Below the pieces are notes generated by a model that was not told where the DNA came from, searched no databases, and saw only the letters and a program-made list of their open reading frames with translations. The position numbers were made by a program, and so were the translations under genes. Shown here piece after piece: positions 8,141 through 17,542 of a stretch of 64,000 nt of DNA; position 1 is the first letter of the stretch; the number at the start of each line of letters is the position of its first letter. This stretch comes from Lachnospiraceae bacterium (GTDB lineage Bacteria > Bacillota > Clostridia > Lachnospirales > Lachnospiraceae), in assembly GCA_017462755.1 (NCBI GenBank), contig JAFTQM010000014.1:2316-66315 (forward strand), given 5' to 3'.

Positions 8141-8728
8141 TTACAGGAACAAATCCAGCTTCTTCAATTCCTTGGTGGTTAACTTGGTCACATCCGGAAT
8201 TTCAAAGCGGTTTTCGTCAATATCGGAGATTAAGATACGGGTTTCGGACAGATGTACCACCGAATGTCCGCCCATATTGATGGTAAAACGGCAGGCACCG
8301 CGGTCAGTAACCACGTCAAAGTATGCGTAGCCGTATTCGTCCTTGATATTGATAATCTTTGTGATAATTGGGGTAAAGTAGCGCAGCGCCAGCTGTTCCC
8401 GAAGCATCTCGGCGGTTTCTTTGGAGACCTGCTTCATATTCTCGATGATGCCGATTTCCTTGGAGCGTTCGTCCGGTGTACGAATGGAAATGTACTGATC
8501 CGGGTCGGAGAACGGGAACATACGGACAACCTGTACACGCGGATGAAATTCTTCACCGATGCGCACGCTGACAAAGCCGCCTTCGGTACGTTCAAATACG
8601 GCATTGTCCTTGGTAAGATAACGGAGCTTAAGCATTTCTTCCGTTTCCTTCTCCATTTGCTCTAAGTTAAATTCCTCCTCCGGACCGTCCGGTCTCGGAC
8701 CTCTTGGTGGTCTTCCCATTGGTGGCAT
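8141..8728 (-). CDS. DUF1854 domain-containing protein
   Basis: ORF-track 8141..8740. The second ATG (8728, MPPMGRPP...) is preceded by GGAGGAAACT. Pro/Arg-rich N-terminus. C-terminal region ...LRYFTPIITKIINIKDEYGYAYFDVVTDRGACRF...ILISDIDENRFEIPD... matches my memory of the DUF1854 family found between paired ABC genes. Confidence 0.65.
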   Translation of the reverse strand: MPPMGRPPRGPRPDGPEEEFNLEQMEKETEEMLKLRYLTKDNAVFERTEGGFVSVRIGEEFHPRVQVVRMFPFSDPDQYISIRTPDERSKEIGIIENMKQVSKETAEMLREQLALRYFTPIITKIINIKDEYGYAYFDVVTDRGACRFTINMGGHSVVHLSETRILISDIDENRFEIPDVTKLTTKELKKLDLFL

Positions 8729-8766
8729 AGTTTCCTCCATTTCCGGTATGTCTGGTCATACCTCTA

Positions 8767-11079
8767 TTATTCAATACCCTTCAAGGCAAGTGCCTTGGTC
8801 TGTAATTCCATCAGCTTGTAATAAGTACCCTTTAGTGCGGTCAGTTCTGCCTGTGTGCCTTCCTCGGTAATCTCACCGTTGTCGATAACTACCAGCCGGT
8901 CGGCATCACGCAGAGTCGAGAGACGGTGTGCAATCGAGATGGTCGTGCGTCCCTTGACCAGATAATTGATTGAGGCTTGAATTGCCTTTTCGGTTTCGGT
9001 ATCCACGGATGCGGTAGCCTCGTCCAAAATCAGAATCTTCGGATTGGCGAGGATGGCACGAGCAATCGAGATACGCTGACGTTCGCCGCCGGAAAGTGCA
9101 CGGCCGGCAGAGCCGATAATTGTATCATAGCCGTCCGGCATACGCAGGATAAAATCGTGTGCGCTGGCAAGCACTGCCGCGCGGATGATTTCTTCCTTGG
9201 TAGCGGAAGGATTGGCATAAGCAATGTTTTGCTCGACCGTACCCATGAAGATGTAGGTTTCCTGCGATACCATGGCGACGTTTCGGCGCAGGTCGTGGAA
9301 TGCCAGTTCTTTTAAGTTGATACCGTCGAGGGTAATGCTGCCCTCCTGCGGGTCATACATACGGGAAATCAGGTTGACCAGCGTGGTCTTACCGGCACCG
9401 GAACGGCCGACGATACCTAACATCTCGCCTTCTTTGATATGTAAGTTGATATTCTTTAATACCGGTTTGTTTGCCTCGTAGCCGAAGGTCACATGGTCTA
9501 ATACAATCTCACCGCGCGGGTTCGGCAGTGCAATTGGCTGCTCGCTTTCCTGAATCTCCGGAATGGAGTCAAGAATTTCGAACATACGCTGTGCGCTGTT
9601 GATACTGTCGGTCCACCAGTGGAAGATATGTGACAGGAAATTCATCGGACCGGATAACTGACCGACATAGCCGACAAAGGTAATCAGGATACCAAGCTCA
9701 AACTGCTCGGTGCGCAGAACGAACCATGCGCCGATAAACCATACCACGATATTGGTCAGCTCCTGAGTGATATTGTAGATAAAGCTGAACCAGTTGTTGA
9801 AGCGGACGATGGACAACTCGGCAGTCTTTACACGCTCGTTGTTGGTGTGGAAGCGCTGAATCTCGCGCTGTTCCTGACCGAAGGCTTTGACGACACGCGC
9901 ACCGGTCAGATTGTCATTGACCTGACTGTTTACCGAACGTTCTGCGCGGTGGCGTCTGCCAAACAGGCTCCAGAGTCTTGGGCGCAGCTTAAAGCCGATA
10001 ATCACGGAAATCGGCATCAGGATAATAGCAATCAGAGCCAGCTGCCAGCGAATCGAAAACATAACAACCAGTGTAGTAATAATCGTAAACGAATGAATCA
10101 GTACATATGGCGCACCATCGATAAAGAAGCCGGTCACACGTTCCGCATCACTCAATACGCGGGTCATTAAGCTACCGGTCTGGCGGCTTTTGAAAAAGCT
10201 GATGGACAGCTTGCCCATGGTATTGAAAATGTCCTTTTTCATGTCGCGGACGACGCTGGTAACAATTTGGGCAGTAAAAACACCCTGAATAATGGTAAAA
10301 ATACGAATGGTCAGCTTAGCTGCAAACATTGTGAGTACGATAAGCAGCAGTGCCAGTACATACTCGTTTTCCGGAAGTCCGAGCTTTTTGAGCAGTGCGG
10401 CATCCTTTGCCAGCAGCGAATCGTACAAAATCGTACCATTCAGATATGGCCAAACCAAATTCAGCAGAGAGATTGCAACAAAGCAGAGCAGCATAATGCA
10501 GAGCTTACCTGCATATGGCTTGAAATATCGAAGCACCCGCATGAAAATCGAGCTGCGGTCCATGCATTTCGGACAGAGCTTGCGATTGCGATTTGGGTAC
10601 ATCGTACCGCAGGTCGGGCAGTATTCGTCCTCTTCCTTCTCTTCTTCATTCATAAAATCCGGCTGTGGATTTTTGATATGGTCAAATGCGCGCACCAGCT
10701 GGTGCATTTTTTTCATAGACAGGTTGGAGAATGCAGCAAGACGCAGCGTATCATTGGCAATCAGGATGCCGCAGGCTACCTGACGTTCAATAGAAAGGCG
10801 TTCCAGCTCGTCGAAGGAATAGGTGCGAATCGCCCATTCCGGTGCATAATCAATCTGTGATTCTTCTTTGGTACCGTAGCCTTTAAACAGGCGTACCCGT
10901 CCGGGGTCGGGAGGTGCCAGCAGCAGTATCAGCTGATTTGTAGTCAGTAGCACATAACCATCGGCATATTCACCATTTGTGTTCATGTCCGTGGCACATG
11001 CATTTACGATACTGTCTGCCTGTATTCCGCGTTCTGCCAGCAGCGACAGGACGGATTTGGGCAGTTTAACCTTCTCCAT
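8767..11079 (-). CDS. ABC transporter ATP-binding/permease protein (type I exporter) with an N-terminal cytoplasmic domain containing a Cys4 zinc ribbon
   Basis: 770 aa with GGAGGAAAATC SD. N-terminal ~185 aa include CPTCGTMYPNRNRKLCPKC. Walker A GRSGAGKTT, signature LSGGERQR, Walker B ILILDEATS. Confidence 0.85.
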   Translation of the reverse strand: MEKVKLPKSVLSLLAERGIQADSIVNACATDMNTNGEYADGYVLLTTNQLILLLAPPDPGRVRLFKGYGTKEESQIDYAPEWAIRTYSFDELERLSIERQVACGILIANDTLRLAAFSNLSMKKMHQLVRAFDHIKNPQPDFMNEEEKEEDEYCPTCGTMYPNRNRKLCPKCMDRSSIFMRVLRYFKPYAGKLCIMLLCFVAISLLNLVWPYLNGTILYDSLLAKDAALLKKLGLPENEYVLALLLIVLTMFAAKLTIRIFTIIQGVFTAQIVTSVVRDMKKDIFNTMGKLSISFFKSRQTGSLMTRVLSDAERVTGFFIDGAPYVLIHSFTIITTLVVMFSIRWQLALIAIILMPISVIIGFKLRPRLWSLFGRRHRAERSVNSQVNDNLTGARVVKAFGQEQREIQRFHTNNERVKTAELSIVRFNNWFSFIYNITQELTNIVVWFIGAWFVLRTEQFELGILITFVGYVGQLSGPMNFLSHIFHWWTDSINSAQRMFEILDSIPEIQESEQPIALPNPRGEIVLDHVTFGYEANKPVLKNINLHIKEGEMLGIVGRSGAGKTTLVNLISRMYDPQEGSITLDGINLKELAFHDLRRNVAMVSQETYIFMGTVEQNIAYANPSATKEEIIRAAVLASAHDFILRMPDGYDTIIGSAGRALSGGERQRISIARAILANPKILILDEATASVDTETEKAIQASINYLVKGRTTISIAHRLSTLRDADRLVVIDNGEITEEGTQAELTALKGTYYKLMELQTKALALKGIE

Positions 11080-11196
11080 GATTTTCCTCCATGTGTTGTT
11101 TCGTACTGTAAATTAGGTAACACTCATTATAGACGAAAATATGTTCGAGTGCAAGCAAAATTCATAATAAAGTGCGGTTATTTTTTTAGGCCGGTG

Positions 11197-12168
11197 TTAT
11201 GGCAGGGTATTGTACCATTTTTTGAGTACGTCTTCTGCCTTTTTCATATGAATATTGAAGCCGGTGTCCTTGGCAGCCACTTCCGGGTCGGTATAAATGC
11301 GGGTGCTCCAATCCCACCAGAAAAATCCGGCGAACCAGTCCTCTTTGGAGAAAACGGACAGAACGGATTCGTAGAAACGAGCCTGTTCCTCTTCGTCGCG
11401 CGGGAATTCCGGATGCGAGAAATCCCAAGGCATCATTGCACAGCCCTTTGCGCTGCGGCAACCGATTTCCATAAAGATAACCTTTTTGCCGAGTTTTTCG
11501 CTGAGCGGCTTTAAGTGGTCGCGTACCTTTTCCCAGGCAGCAGTCATATTTTCCAGACTATCGCCCGGACATTTTGCGACGCGGTAATATGCCGAAGTAC
11601 CGATATAATCAATCGCATCAAACCAAGGCACCTTATCCTCGTGGCCGTGGTTGGTATTGTAGACCAATGGACCGTGATAAACCTCACGTACCTTAGCAAT
11701 CAGCTCACGCCAGTATTCCTCCTTGCGCTCGGTTCCGAGCATTTCACAGCCCAGACAGAACATTTCACAGTCGGTATCCTCCGCAAGCTCGGCGTAATGC
11801 AGCAGGAAAGCGGTGTAGCTTTCGAACCATTTGCTCCAGTAAATGTCTCTGCCAATCATATCACCATCCGGGAAATCAATCTGCGCACGCCATGCGCCGT
11901 CCTTGCAGTTAATCATTGGCTTTAAGCATACCTTGATGCCACGCTCATGTGCGCGGTTGATAACAAAGGTCAAATCCTTGTCGGAAGCATTGTAACGGTA
12001 ATCAAACAAAATATCGGTAGAAGCATAGGTGTCCTGATTGACTGCGGATGCGAGGCAAATCCAGTTCACACCGGTATCAAATAATAAGTCCTGCGAGGTA
12101 ATTGCGTCAGGGGTACGATAAACGCCCGCTCTGCCGCCGTAGCCGTAAGTATATCCCTTAATCTCCAT
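11197..12168 (-). CDS. TIM-barrel glycoside hydrolase (clan GH-A; GH113/GH5-like)
   Basis: ORF-track 11197..12279. Start moved to ATG 12168 (MEIKGYTYGY...) behind GGAGG. Candidate catalytic glutamates in ...FCLGCEMLG... and ...VIFMEIGCRS... fit a retaining (beta/alpha)8 hydrolase. The family assignment is tentative. Confidence 0.6.
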   Translation of the reverse strand: MEIKGYTYGYGGRAGVYRTPDAITSQDLLFDTGVNWICLASAVNQDTYASTDILFDYRYNASDKDLTFVINRAHERGIKVCLKPMINCKDGAWRAQIDFPDGDMIGRDIYWSKWFESYTAFLLHYAELAEDTDCEMFCLGCEMLGTERKEEYWRELIAKVREVYHGPLVYNTNHGHEDKVPWFDAIDYIGTSAYYRVAKCPGDSLENMTAAWEKVRDHLKPLSEKLGKKVIFMEIGCRSAKGCAMMPWDFSHPEFPRDEEEQARFYESVLSVFSKEDWFAGFFWWDWSTRIYTDPEVAAKDTGFNIHMKKAEDVLKKWYNTLP

Positions 12169-12230
12169 AAGTAATCCTCCGTTCTCCAAATGGAATGAAT
12201 TGTGCAAAATTGTGCATTTGTGGGTATTTG

Positions 12231-12244
12231 CACAGTATACTGTG
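12231..12244. promoter_or_regulatory. Perfect 14-bp palindrome (CACAGTATACTGTG), putative operator overlapping the glycoside-hydrolase promoter
   Basis: It lies just downstream of a minus-strand -10 TATAAT (12250-12245) paired with -35 TTGCAT (12273-12268, 17-nt spacer). TGTGCA/TGCACA half-site-like repeats flank it at 12201-12233. Confidence 0.35.
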
Positions 12245-12315
12245 ATTATAATACAGAACAAGCGAGGATGCAATTGCATTTCCTCGCTTTGTTTTGTTTT
12301 ATTTTACGGAGTTTG

Positions 12316-14658
12316 TTATTCTGTGACCAGCTCGCGCACGGCAACACTCTTTATTTTTCTTGAAATAATATATGCAAACACAAAGAAGCATCCGCAGATT
12401 AGTGTAATCGGTAAAACAAATGTCATTGTGCGGAAGGAAACGGCAAAGCTGGTAATGCCGATGCCTCTCAACAGTGTACTCAGCAGGCTGCCTGCACCCA
12501 AAACCGAAAGCAGTGTTCCGCCTATCGTGCCGATTCCGGCAATAATCAAAAAACGTACTGCAAATTGCAGGCGCAGGTTTTGGGACGTAAAGCCGAGTGA
12601 CTTATAAATACCGATGTCCGTCCGTTCCCTTAAAAAGGTCTTAGAGCATACCATATGAACCACGACTAGAGAAAAAATCACGGAAAACAGGTAGATTACC
12701 GCTTTCATGGCATTGATAGCCATGGTATAAGTGCCATCTAAAATGCTTTCCTCTATGGCATTTGCTTCCAAAAAGTCTCCGAATTCTGCGTTTAATGCGG
12801 CGGCAATCTGTTCGCGCTGCTCCGGCTGTGCCAGACGATATCCTGCAAAGCTTATGACCATGTCACCGAGACGCTTCGCTCCCTCGTGGGACATAAAGAA
12901 GCACAGACCGGTATCATTCAGGCTCTGGTTCAGACCGGAAATAATATATTCGGCTTTTTCACCGCTGTGGGAGACGATGACCTTGTCGCCCATTTTCAGT
13001 CCGAGCTCTTCCGCTACGATATTCGTAATTACGATTTCATTCTCATACAGTGGCGCTCTGCCCTTCTGTATTCCGGGAATCATCTCCGGGTCACGATAAA
13101 TACTGCAATACAATTCTTCGCCGTTGAGCGAAAGGTACAATGAGGACATATAATAGCTTTTTTCGATTTCAGAATACTCTCGGATAACCGATTCCAACTG
13201 CTCGTATTCTTCGTCCTGCAGGCTTTTTCTAAAATTGACATCCACCTCTACATAAATGGCACCCATCGATTCTACGGCAGATTTGGAATTTAGGGCATTT
13301 CCCAAAATCATGATTGCCATCATAAAAAATACCAGAATGGATACAATCAGAATCAGACCGATAAATTGCTTTTTATTTGCAGTAAACTGTCGCAAAGCAA
13401 GGCTGGCAGACAGTCCTTTTTTGTGAATCGGCAGCGTAACCCGGCTGTCAAAATAGATTTCTGCGCGTCCGCCGGAGATTGCCCGAACTGGTGAAATCCT
13501 GCCGACCTTTGCGGTAATAATCGTTACGAATAGTACTGATATCAGTAATACTCCCGTAAGAATCAGAACGCTTTCTGCGATTGCAATGCGATTTTCGGAC
13601 GGAATTGCCGTAATCGGCTGAAAAATATCGCCAATCGCACTCGTAAGCGGAATCGCCAGAATCATGCCGAGCACAACACCGATGATTTCTGCAAACAAAT
13701 ATTGCATACCTAAAATAATACGGATTTTTCCTTTGGAAAAGCCCTGTGATTTTAGTACGCCCAAATTGACATAGTCCATCTCGATTCCGGTGGAAATACT
13801 GTGTCCCATGACAATCAGTACAACGACCATAAGAAAACCGATAAATACCATCAGTACCGAGCCGATAATCTCCGGAAACAGATTGGTATAATGAATGGAT
13901 GCATCTCTTGTAATCGTACCAAAGGAGTAATCGACCACACTGGTCTCCAGATTCAACTGACGCTTAAATTGTCCGTCACTCAAGGTACAGTCATCGGTCT
14001 TATGGATGTGCAAAAGCTGCACAATCGCTGTTTTTTCCTCTGTTTCGGCTGCCGCTCCCTCCGCATACAGCCGCTCATAATCTGCATCACTGATGAATAC
14101 CTGCTTCCAGCCCATATTGGAAGCACCATTGGAAGGCTCTGCTATGATTCCGCGAATTGTAAACTCGTAGCTGCCGGCAATGGTATGGGCGGTAACAATG
14201 TCACCGATGTTACATTCCATCTTCGTACAAATTCCCTGTGTCACATAGATTTCGCTGGATTTCAGGGCTGGTGTTTCCTTCTGATAACCGCGCAAATCAT
14301 CCGTTAACAAGCGGTATTGCGGACGCAGCTTTTGTAAAAACCAGCAGTTATTATCGGCAGCTTGGTTTACTTCTACTTTACGTGTAGCGATGCTTGCATA
14401 GCCGGTAATCCGCTCGACGTTTTTGTGCGTTTCAAGGCTTGTTAAAAGCTCGTCAGTTACCAGGTCTGCCCGGATAAATGCCGTCAGATTCGCACCGTCT
14501 ACCGTTTCAAATGCGTGTATTAAGCTATTTCTACAGTTTTTTCGGATGCTTAATACCGCAGTCAGAGACATCGAAATAATAATCATCAGCAGTACAATGC
14601 TGAAAAAGGAACCCTTCTTGTGGCGGATATTTGCCTTTAATAATGTCCATACTTCCAT
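12316..14658 (-). CDS. ABC transporter permease with two FtsX-type modules (MacB/type VII architecture), each with a large extracytoplasmic domain
   Basis: ORF-track 12316..14691. I prefer ATG 14658 (MEVWTLLKANIRHKKG...), 9 nt after the stop of the ATPase gene. Hydrophobicity pattern is TM1, ~220-aa loop, 3 TM, TM5, ~180-aa loop, 3 TM. Confidence 0.75.
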   Translation of the reverse strand: MEVWTLLKANIRHKKGSFFSIVLLMIIISMSLTAVLSIRKNCRNSLIHAFETVDGANLTAFIRADLVTDELLTSLETHKNVERITGYASIATRKVEVNQAADNNCWFLQKLRPQYRLLTDDLRGYQKETPALKSSEIYVTQGICTKMECNIGDIVTAHTIAGSYEFTIRGIIAEPSNGASNMGWKQVFISDADYERLYAEGAAAETEEKTAIVQLLHIHKTDDCTLSDGQFKRQLNLETSVVDYSFGTITRDASIHYTNLFPEIIGSVLMVFIGFLMVVVLIVMGHSISTGIEMDYVNLGVLKSQGFSKGKIRIILGMQYLFAEIIGVVLGMILAIPLTSAIGDIFQPITAIPSENRIAIAESVLILTGVLLISVLFVTIITAKVGRISPVRAISGGRAEIYFDSRVTLPIHKKGLSASLALRQFTANKKQFIGLILIVSILVFFMMAIMILGNALNSKSAVESMGAIYVEVDVNFRKSLQDEEYEQLESVIREYSEIEKSYYMSSLYLSLNGEELYCSIYRDPEMIPGIQKGRAPLYENEIVITNIVAEELGLKMGDKVIVSHSGEKAEYIISGLNQSLNDTGLCFFMSHEGAKRLGDMVISFAGYRLAQPEQREQIAAALNAEFGDFLEANAIEESILDGTYTMAINAMKAVIYLFSVIFSLVVVHMVCSKTFLRERTDIGIYKSLGFTSQNLRLQFAVRFLIIAGIGTIGGTLLSVLGAGSLLSTLLRGIGITSFAVSFRTMTFVLPITLICGCFFVFAYIISRKIKSVAVRELVTE

Positions 14659-14666
14659 CGCGGCAC

Positions 14667-15428
14667 CTACCATTTCATCGAGGTCAGCCATGCATTAATC
14701 TGCGTTTCACGGCTCTTTTCCTCAGCGTAGGTATATGGCGGAAGCTCTAATTCTCCGATGATGTTACCATCCTCCAGATAAAGAATCCGGTTTGCTCTAA
14801 GGGCAGCCTTCCGGTCGTGTGTTACCATAAGGATGCTCTGTCCTGCCTGATTCAGCTCGGTCAGAAGATTTAAGACCTCGATGGTATTTTTGCGGTTCAG
14901 CGCACCGGTCGGTTCGTCTGCAAAGAGCAGCTTTGGAGTGTTGATTACAGCCCTTGCGATGGCACAGCGCTGCTGCTCACCGCCGGAAACCTGCGACGGC
15001 AGATGGGTCTTGATGTGGGAAATCCCCATTTGGGAAAGCAGCGCTTCGGCGCGCGATTTTACTTCCGCAGCAGATTTTGCTTTGTTCAGATAACCCGATA
15101 CGACGATATTTTCAAACAAGGACAGATTGCTGACCAGATGCATCTGCTGAAAAATAAATCCAAAGTCCGTATAACGCAGCTTTGCAATTTCCTTTTCGCT
15201 CATTGCAACCAAATCCTCGTCCTGATAAATGACTGCACCGGCGGTTGCCCGGTCCATTCCGCTCAAGGCATACAGCAGTGTAGATTTGCCGGAGCCGGAG
15301 GCTCCCATGATTACTGTAAAATCCCCTTCATAAAGTTCAAAATCAACATGCGACAGAATGTGCATCTGACCGCCGTTGTGTGCAAAGCTTTTACAAAGTC
15401 CCTTTGCTGACAGAATCGATTTTTTCAT
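14667..15428 (-). CDS. ABC transporter ATP-binding protein (MacB/BceA-like)
   Basis: 253 aa with GGAGGAAGCGT SD. Walker [10 protein letters not shown], signature VSGGEQQR, Walker B LLFADEPT. Confidence 0.85.
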   Translation of the reverse strand: MKKSILSAKGLCKSFAHNGGQMHILSHVDFELYEGDFTVIMGASGSGKSTLLYALSGMDRATAGAVIYQDEDLVAMSEKEIAKLRYTDFGFIFQQMHLVSNLSLFENIVVSGYLNKAKSAAEVKSRAEALLSQMGISHIKTHLPSQVSGGEQQRCAIARAVINTPKLLFADEPTGALNRKNTIEVLNLLTELNQAGQSILMVTHDRKAALRANRILYLEDGNIIGELELPPYTYAEEKSRETQINAWLTSMKW

Positions 15429-15503
15429 ACGCTTCCTCCATTTTATCTCTATTCCGAGAACGTTCTTTGTTCGGATTCTATCAGAAAAGTTATTAAGAAA
15501 TCC

Positions 15504-16685
15504 TTAAGAATCTTTTGAAATGATTGGGAAAGAAACAATTGCCTCCAGTCCGTCTGCGTGATTGTGCAATTGTATCGTTCCGCTCATTTGGGTTGCAATG
15601 TATTTTACGATATAGAGTCCAAGTCCGGAGCCCTGCTCGTTGCCGCAGTTTTTGCCCCGATAAAACTTATCAAAAATAAAAGGCATATCCTTATCCGGAA
15701 TCCCCATCCCATAATCTCTAAAATGTAGCTGCACGTTGTTGTCCGCTCGCTCTATTGTTACAGAAATGTCTGTTTTGGCATATTTTCTGGCGTTATTAAT
15801 CAGATTTTCCGCAATCTGTGTCAGGCGGTTTTTATCTGCCGAAACCAATGCTTCAAACGCGGGCTTTTGGAAATGTACATCGTTTTGCTCTATGTTGAGC
15901 TCTGAGAGGACATCGTTCATAAAGCTGCAAAGCTCGATTTTTTCTACATTTATCTTTAGCTTATCGAGGTCGGAAAGAGAGTGCAAAAACAAATCATTGG
16001 TCAATTTGGAAACCTCGTCACATTTTTTCATAATGACAGTCAGGTATTTTGCCCGCCTTTCCGGGGTACTGTCCATGTTTGCTTCCAAGCCTTCCGCATA
16101 AGCGCGGATGGATGCGATTGGTGTTTTGATATCATGGGAAAGGGTAGCGATTACGGTTTTGTTGTTTTCGATTGCTTCACGCTCACAGGAACGAGCCTTG
16201 GTAATCTCGCGCCGCATGCTGTCGAATGCCCAGGTAAATGCTCCGAAATAATTTGACCGTTCATAATCCAAGGATAGCTCTAAATTGCCCTGCGCAATCT
16301 TGTGTGCGAAGTGCTTCATTTTTTCAAATGGTCGCAAAATCGCCACGTAGATGTATCCAAAACTAATCAAAATAAAGCCGACACAGATACCGCACATCAG
16401 CCAAAGTCCGTTATCTGCCTTAGCTGTGGCTCGGGTCGAGCGGAGCGTTTCCTGAAGTGCTGCAGTCTTTTCGGACAAAAGCTCCAGTTCTCCGGCTTTT
16501 GCCAACTGCTCGATTTCATTGAGTGCGACTATCTGCTCCGCTTTGGTATCTTCGGAATTTGCCCGCTGGCCGGAAATGGACATTCCTATGGTTGCCAGTA
16601 GGATGAATCCGAGAAAAACCGCTACAATGAGGCGAAGCTTTTGTTGGACGCTGTAATAATCAGAATTCTTTTTTCCTTGCTTCAT
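15504..16685 (-). CDS. Sensor histidine kinase
   Basis: 393 aa. Two TM segments flank a ~60-aa external loop. HAMP-like linker, H-box LSHDIKTP, HATPase G-box GSGLGLYIV. Start overlaps the regulator stop (ATGA). Confidence 0.85.
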   Translation of the reverse strand: MKQGKKNSDYYSVQQKLRLIVAVFLGFILLATIGMSISGQRANSEDTKAEQIVALNEIEQLAKAGELELLSEKTAALQETLRSTRATAKADNGLWLMCGICVGFILISFGYIYVAILRPFEKMKHFAHKIAQGNLELSLDYERSNYFGAFTWAFDSMRREITKARSCEREAIENNKTVIATLSHDIKTPIASIRAYAEGLEANMDSTPERRAKYLTVIMKKCDEVSKLTNDLFLHSLSDLDKLKINVEKIELCSFMNDVLSELNIEQNDVHFQKPAFEALVSADKNRLTQIAENLINNARKYAKTDISVTIERADNNVQLHFRDYGMGIPDKDMPFIFDKFYRGKNCGNEQGSGLGLYIVKYIATQMSGTIQLHNHADGLEAIVSFPIISKDS

Positions 16686-17401
16686 ACGTTGCCTGCTTTC
16701 TTATTGCTTCCGTCTGCTTTGACTTCCAACATATATCCGACTTTAAATACGGTTTTGAGGTAAATCGGATTGGCGGGATGGTCTTCCAGCTTTTCGCGGA
16801 GCCAACGGATATGTACGGTCAGGGTAGAAGGCTCTACCATCGAGAATGCGCCCCAGACTTCGGAGAGTAGCTTTTCCTTTGGTATTGCTGTATTTTGATG
16901 CTCGCACAAATATGCCAGCAAATCAAATTCGCGCAGAGAAAGGGAAATCAGTTCTCCACTCTTTGTAACGGTGCGTGCGGTAATATTCACGCACACATCT
17001 CCAAACGTTACGGTGCGTTCTTCTTCGCAAAAGCCATAGGTTCTGCGAATCAAGGCATTCACGCGCGCCAATAGCTCCTTCATCGAATACGGCTTTGGCA
17101 GATAGTCATCTCCGCCGATATCAAAGCCCGTAACGCGGTCATTTTCACTCGTTCTTGCGCTTGCAAAAATAACCGGAACCGTCGAAACCTTACGCAGCTC
17201 CTTGCACAGCTCGAAGCCGGTTGCATCCGGCAAATTGATATCCAGTAAAATCAAATGGTAGGTATTCTCCGAAAGCAGGGAAAACGCTTCCTCACTGCTT
17301 TCGGCACAGGTCACCTGATAGCCGTAGCTTTCCAGCATATCCGATATGATAAAAGATAAATCCTCGTCATCATCAATGATGAGTAAGTGCTTTTCTGACA
17401 T
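16682..17401 (-). CDS. OmpR/PhoB-family response regulator
   Basis: 239 aa with GGAGAAATC SD. Receiver domain (LLIIDDDEDL...LLDINLPD...) plus a C-terminal winged-helix DNA-binding domain (...TVHIRWLREKLE...VGYML). Confidence 0.9.
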   Translation of the reverse strand: MSEKHLLIIDDDEDLSFIISDMLESYGYQVTCAESSEEAFSLLSENTYHLILLDINLPDATGFELCKELRKVSTVPVIFASARTSENDRVTGFDIGGDDYLPKPYSMKELLARVNALIRRTYGFCEEERTVTFGDVCVNITARTVTKSGELISLSLREFDLLAYLCEHQNTAIPKEKLLSEVWGAFSMVEPSTLTVHIRWLREKLEDHPANPIYLKTVFKVGYMLEVKADGSNKKAGNV

Positions 17402-17542
17402 GATTTCTCCATTTCTATGCTGCCTTTGGGAAGTTTTGGATTGTGGCGCAGCATAGCTCTAATACATAGTTACAGTTTTCTTGCTTTAATGCAAAACGAA
17501 ATTGGCATCATTTTCAATCACATCCCTGCGCTCGTCGCATGA

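Noticed and set aside
17415-17456. 9-bp hairpin (CTATGCTGC...GCAGCATAG) just upstream of the response-regulator SD.
   Set aside because: It has a large 24-nt loop and no T-run on either strand, so it is not convincing as a terminator or attenuator. It could be leader structure, but there is no supporting evidence.
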